From Leucoraja ocellata (taxonomy: Eukaryota): a stretch of DNA of 64,000 nt. Shown here piece after piece: positions 61,249-64,000 of this stretch. Location of the stretch: NCBI GenBank assembly GCA_036785375.1, contig JAWMAR010000122.1:4526001-4590000 (forward strand), in the 5' to 3' direction. The notes under the pieces were generated by a model. The model did not search any database and was not told where the DNA came from. It saw only the letters and a list, made by a program, of their open reading frames with translations. Both the position numbers and the translations under genes were made by a program. The number at the start of each line of letters is the position of its first letter. The first letter of the stretch is position 1.

Positions 61249-64000
61249 TGAATGAATGAATGAATGAATGAATGAATGAATGAATGAATATGTTTATTGT
61301 CATTGCCCAATACTGTGCAACAAAATTCCATTACATCTCCTACGGTTAAAAAAATAATTTAAAAAAAATACAAACACGACATCCATTGACTGTCTCTGTA
61401 CTGTACACTGACAATGACAATTAAATTGAATCTGAATCTGAATCTGAATCTTGACACATATGTACACTTATTAGTAAAATAATAAATAAGTATTTAAAAA
61501 GAATTAAAAAGAATTTGGCGGCATTTCTTGGAATTACATTTTGCTTCCCCAGTGTTCTCTGTTGGAATTAAGCTCTTTTATCGCACATGGGTAGAAATTA
61601 TTTCAGAGACCTGAATCGCCTCCCAGAGGGTAGCAGAGTGAAAAGGTGGTTGGCAGGGTGGGATGGGTCCTGCTTGATATTTGTGGCCCAGCGCAAGCAT
61701 CGGGCCCTATATATATCATCCAAGGAGGGCAGTTGAGCGTTTGTAATGCTCTGTGCAGTTTTTATAATTCCCTGCAGCGCCCTCCTCTCAGCCACAGTAC
61801 AGCTGGCAAACCACACCAGGATTCCATAGGAGAGGATACTTTCCACGGCGCATCGGTAAAAGGACAGCAGCAGCGGCTGTGAGACGTTTGCTCTCTGCAG
61901 AGACCTCCGGAAATACAGCCGCTGATGTGACTTCTTCACGAGAGTGACGGTGTTCATTTGCCATTTAAGGTCCTGGGAGATGTTTATTCCCAGTAACTTA
62001 AAACCAGTGACTCTCTTCACCATGTCTCCTGTAAGGGAGCAGGTTCCTCTCTCCTCTTCCTCCTGAAGTCAACGACCAGTTCTTTTGTCTTTGATGGGTT
62101 GAGTACCAGGTTGTTTTTGGTACACCAGACGGTCAGTTTTTGGACTTCATCCCTGTAGGCAGACTCGTCGTTGTTGTTTATCAGTCCCACCACAGTCGTG
62201 TCGTCCGCAAACTTGATGATCCTGTTTGTACTGTGTGTTGGTATACAGTCATAAGTGTATATTGTATACAAGATGGGACTCAGCACACAACCTTGTGGCG
62301 CTCCTGTGCTGAGCGTCAGGACTGGGGAGCAATTGGACCCCATCCTGACAGTCTGTGGGCGGTCTGTTAAAAAGTCCTTAATCCATCCACATGTGTTTGC
62401 ATTAACACCCAGATCAGACAGTTTGTCCACCATTCTGCTGGGGATGATGGTATTAAATGCAGAACCAAAATCTACTAATAACATCCTCACATATGAGCCA
62501 GGATGCTCCAGATGTGTCAGTGCAGAATGTAGAGCTATGTTGATGGCATCCTCCATTGACCTATTAGCTCTATATGCAAACTGATGCTGATCCAGGGTGG
62601 ATGGGAGTGAGGACTTAATGTGGGCCAGGACCAGCCGTTCAAAACACTTCATCACCGTTGAAGTGAGAGCAACAGGTCTATAGTCATTCAAGCTGGTAAT
62701 GGATTTTTTTTGGGTACAGGCACGATGGTAGCAGTCTTAAAGCATTTAGGGACAGTGCATGTTGACAGAGAGAGGTTAAAGATGTCACTAAAAACCTCCA
62801 CTAACTGGTCTGCACAGTCCCGCAATACTCTCCCTGGGATGCCATCTGGGCCAGCAGTCTTCCTGGGGTTGACCCTGCGGAGTGTTCTTCTGACGTCCTC
62901 CGTACTCACAGTGACTGCCAGGTCGTCAGTGCTGGGTGCGGCTGCAGGTGCAAGCTCCGCCTCATTCAGCTCAAAACGAGTGAAAAAGTGGTTGAGCTCC
63001 TCAGCTAGCGAGTTGTTACTGCTGCTGATGATCGGCCCCCTCTTGCCCTTGTAGTTTGCGAGTTGCTGAATGCCCTGCCAGACACGCCAAGGGTCCCTCT
63101 CGTTAAAATACCCCTCTAACCTTCTTCCATAGGCTGTCTTTGCCTCTTTAATGGCTCTCTTTAGTTTAGTACAATTCATCACTGCCAGATCTAAAGGCTG
63201 AGTTGCGTTCCCTCAGCAGTTTCCTGACATCCCTGGTCATCCATGGTTTGTTGTTTGGATAGCACCTGACCTCCCTGTTGACAGTGACGTTGTTGATACA
63301 GTTCTGTATATAGAACATGACTGTGGATGTATATTCTTGTATGTCCTGGTTTGCAAACAGGTCCCACTCGGTGCACTCAAAACAGTCCTGAAGTTGGGCG
63401 GCAGCGCCCTCGGGCCAAGTCTTTATGTTTCTCACACTGGGCTTAGTTCTCATAATGAGAAATCTGTATGCCGGGGTGAGAAAGAACGATAGATGGTCAG
63501 ACTGGCCGAGGTGCGGGAGAGAGGAGTCTTTGTATCCATCCCTAATGTTGCTGTACACGTGATCCAGTGTATTTTGACCTCTCGTCGGACACGTGACATG
63601 CTGGTGGAATTTAGGGAGGACAGTTTTTAGATTAGCCTTGTTGAAGTCTCCAGCCATGATGAAAATCCCATCAGGGTGCGCAGTCTGTAGTGTGTTGATT
63701 GATGCTAGCAGGGTGTTCAGTGCTAGCTTGACGTTGGCACTTGGTGGAATATAAACAGCCAGAATAACGACAGCTGTGAACTCCCGCGGCAGGTAGAAGG
63801 GTCGACATTTCAATGTAATAAACTCCATGTCTGGTGAACAATGTCTCTCGACAACGTTTACATTTGTACACCATTTGTCATAGGAGTAAATACATAGCCC
63901 CCCTCCTCTGCTCTTACCGGAGTCACTGCTCCTGTCGGCCCGGTGTGCTGTGCGACCTACCAGACTGATGGCCTCGTCCGGGATCCCAGTGTGAAGCCAG
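61249..64000 (-). mobile_element. Rex1/Babar-type LINE, frameshifted, running off the window end
   Basis: Consecutive ORFs 63166-63828 (endonuclease: GDFN, SDH), 62688-63182, 62017-62691 (RT: [14 protein letters not shown]) and 61598-62023 (PSGRRFRS). (ATTC)n tail at 61249-61288. Confidence 0.95.
61391..61450 (+). mobile_element. 60-bp 3' tail of the Rex family seen at 37428-39832
   Basis: 61391-61420 is identical to 39781-39810. It has a (GAATCT)n tail and a TTGAC TSD at 61386-61390 and 61451-61455. Confidence 0.85.

Overview
This is vertebrate nuclear DNA, not prokaryotic. The repeat families (HE1/V-SINE-like SINEs, HER1/CR1-like LINEs) point to a cartilaginous fish, probably a skate or ray. 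The only host coding sequence I can support is one 188-bp minus-strand exon (54808-54995) of astrotactin-1 (ASTN1), so the rest is probably ASTN1 intron. The introns are packed with transposons: ~25 V-SINEs, CR1, L2 and Rex1/Babar LINE pieces (one with an unbroken 824-codon ORF), and a decayed Penelope-like element (PLE; RT + GIY-YIG) with dozens of short derivatives. They also hold a decayed CsRn1-type Gypsy provirus and its solo LTR inside a tandem duplication, a composite non-autonomous Helitron, Harbinger-type MITEs and a VNTR-bearing non-autonomous retroposon. The most notable system is the family of tiny, often palindromic PLE-derived elements. They carry minimal hammerhead ribozyme motifs, and several have 10-14 bp target duplications. 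All calls were made by eye from the sequence and no database search was run. Repeat boundaries are approximate unless a TSD or empty site is cited.
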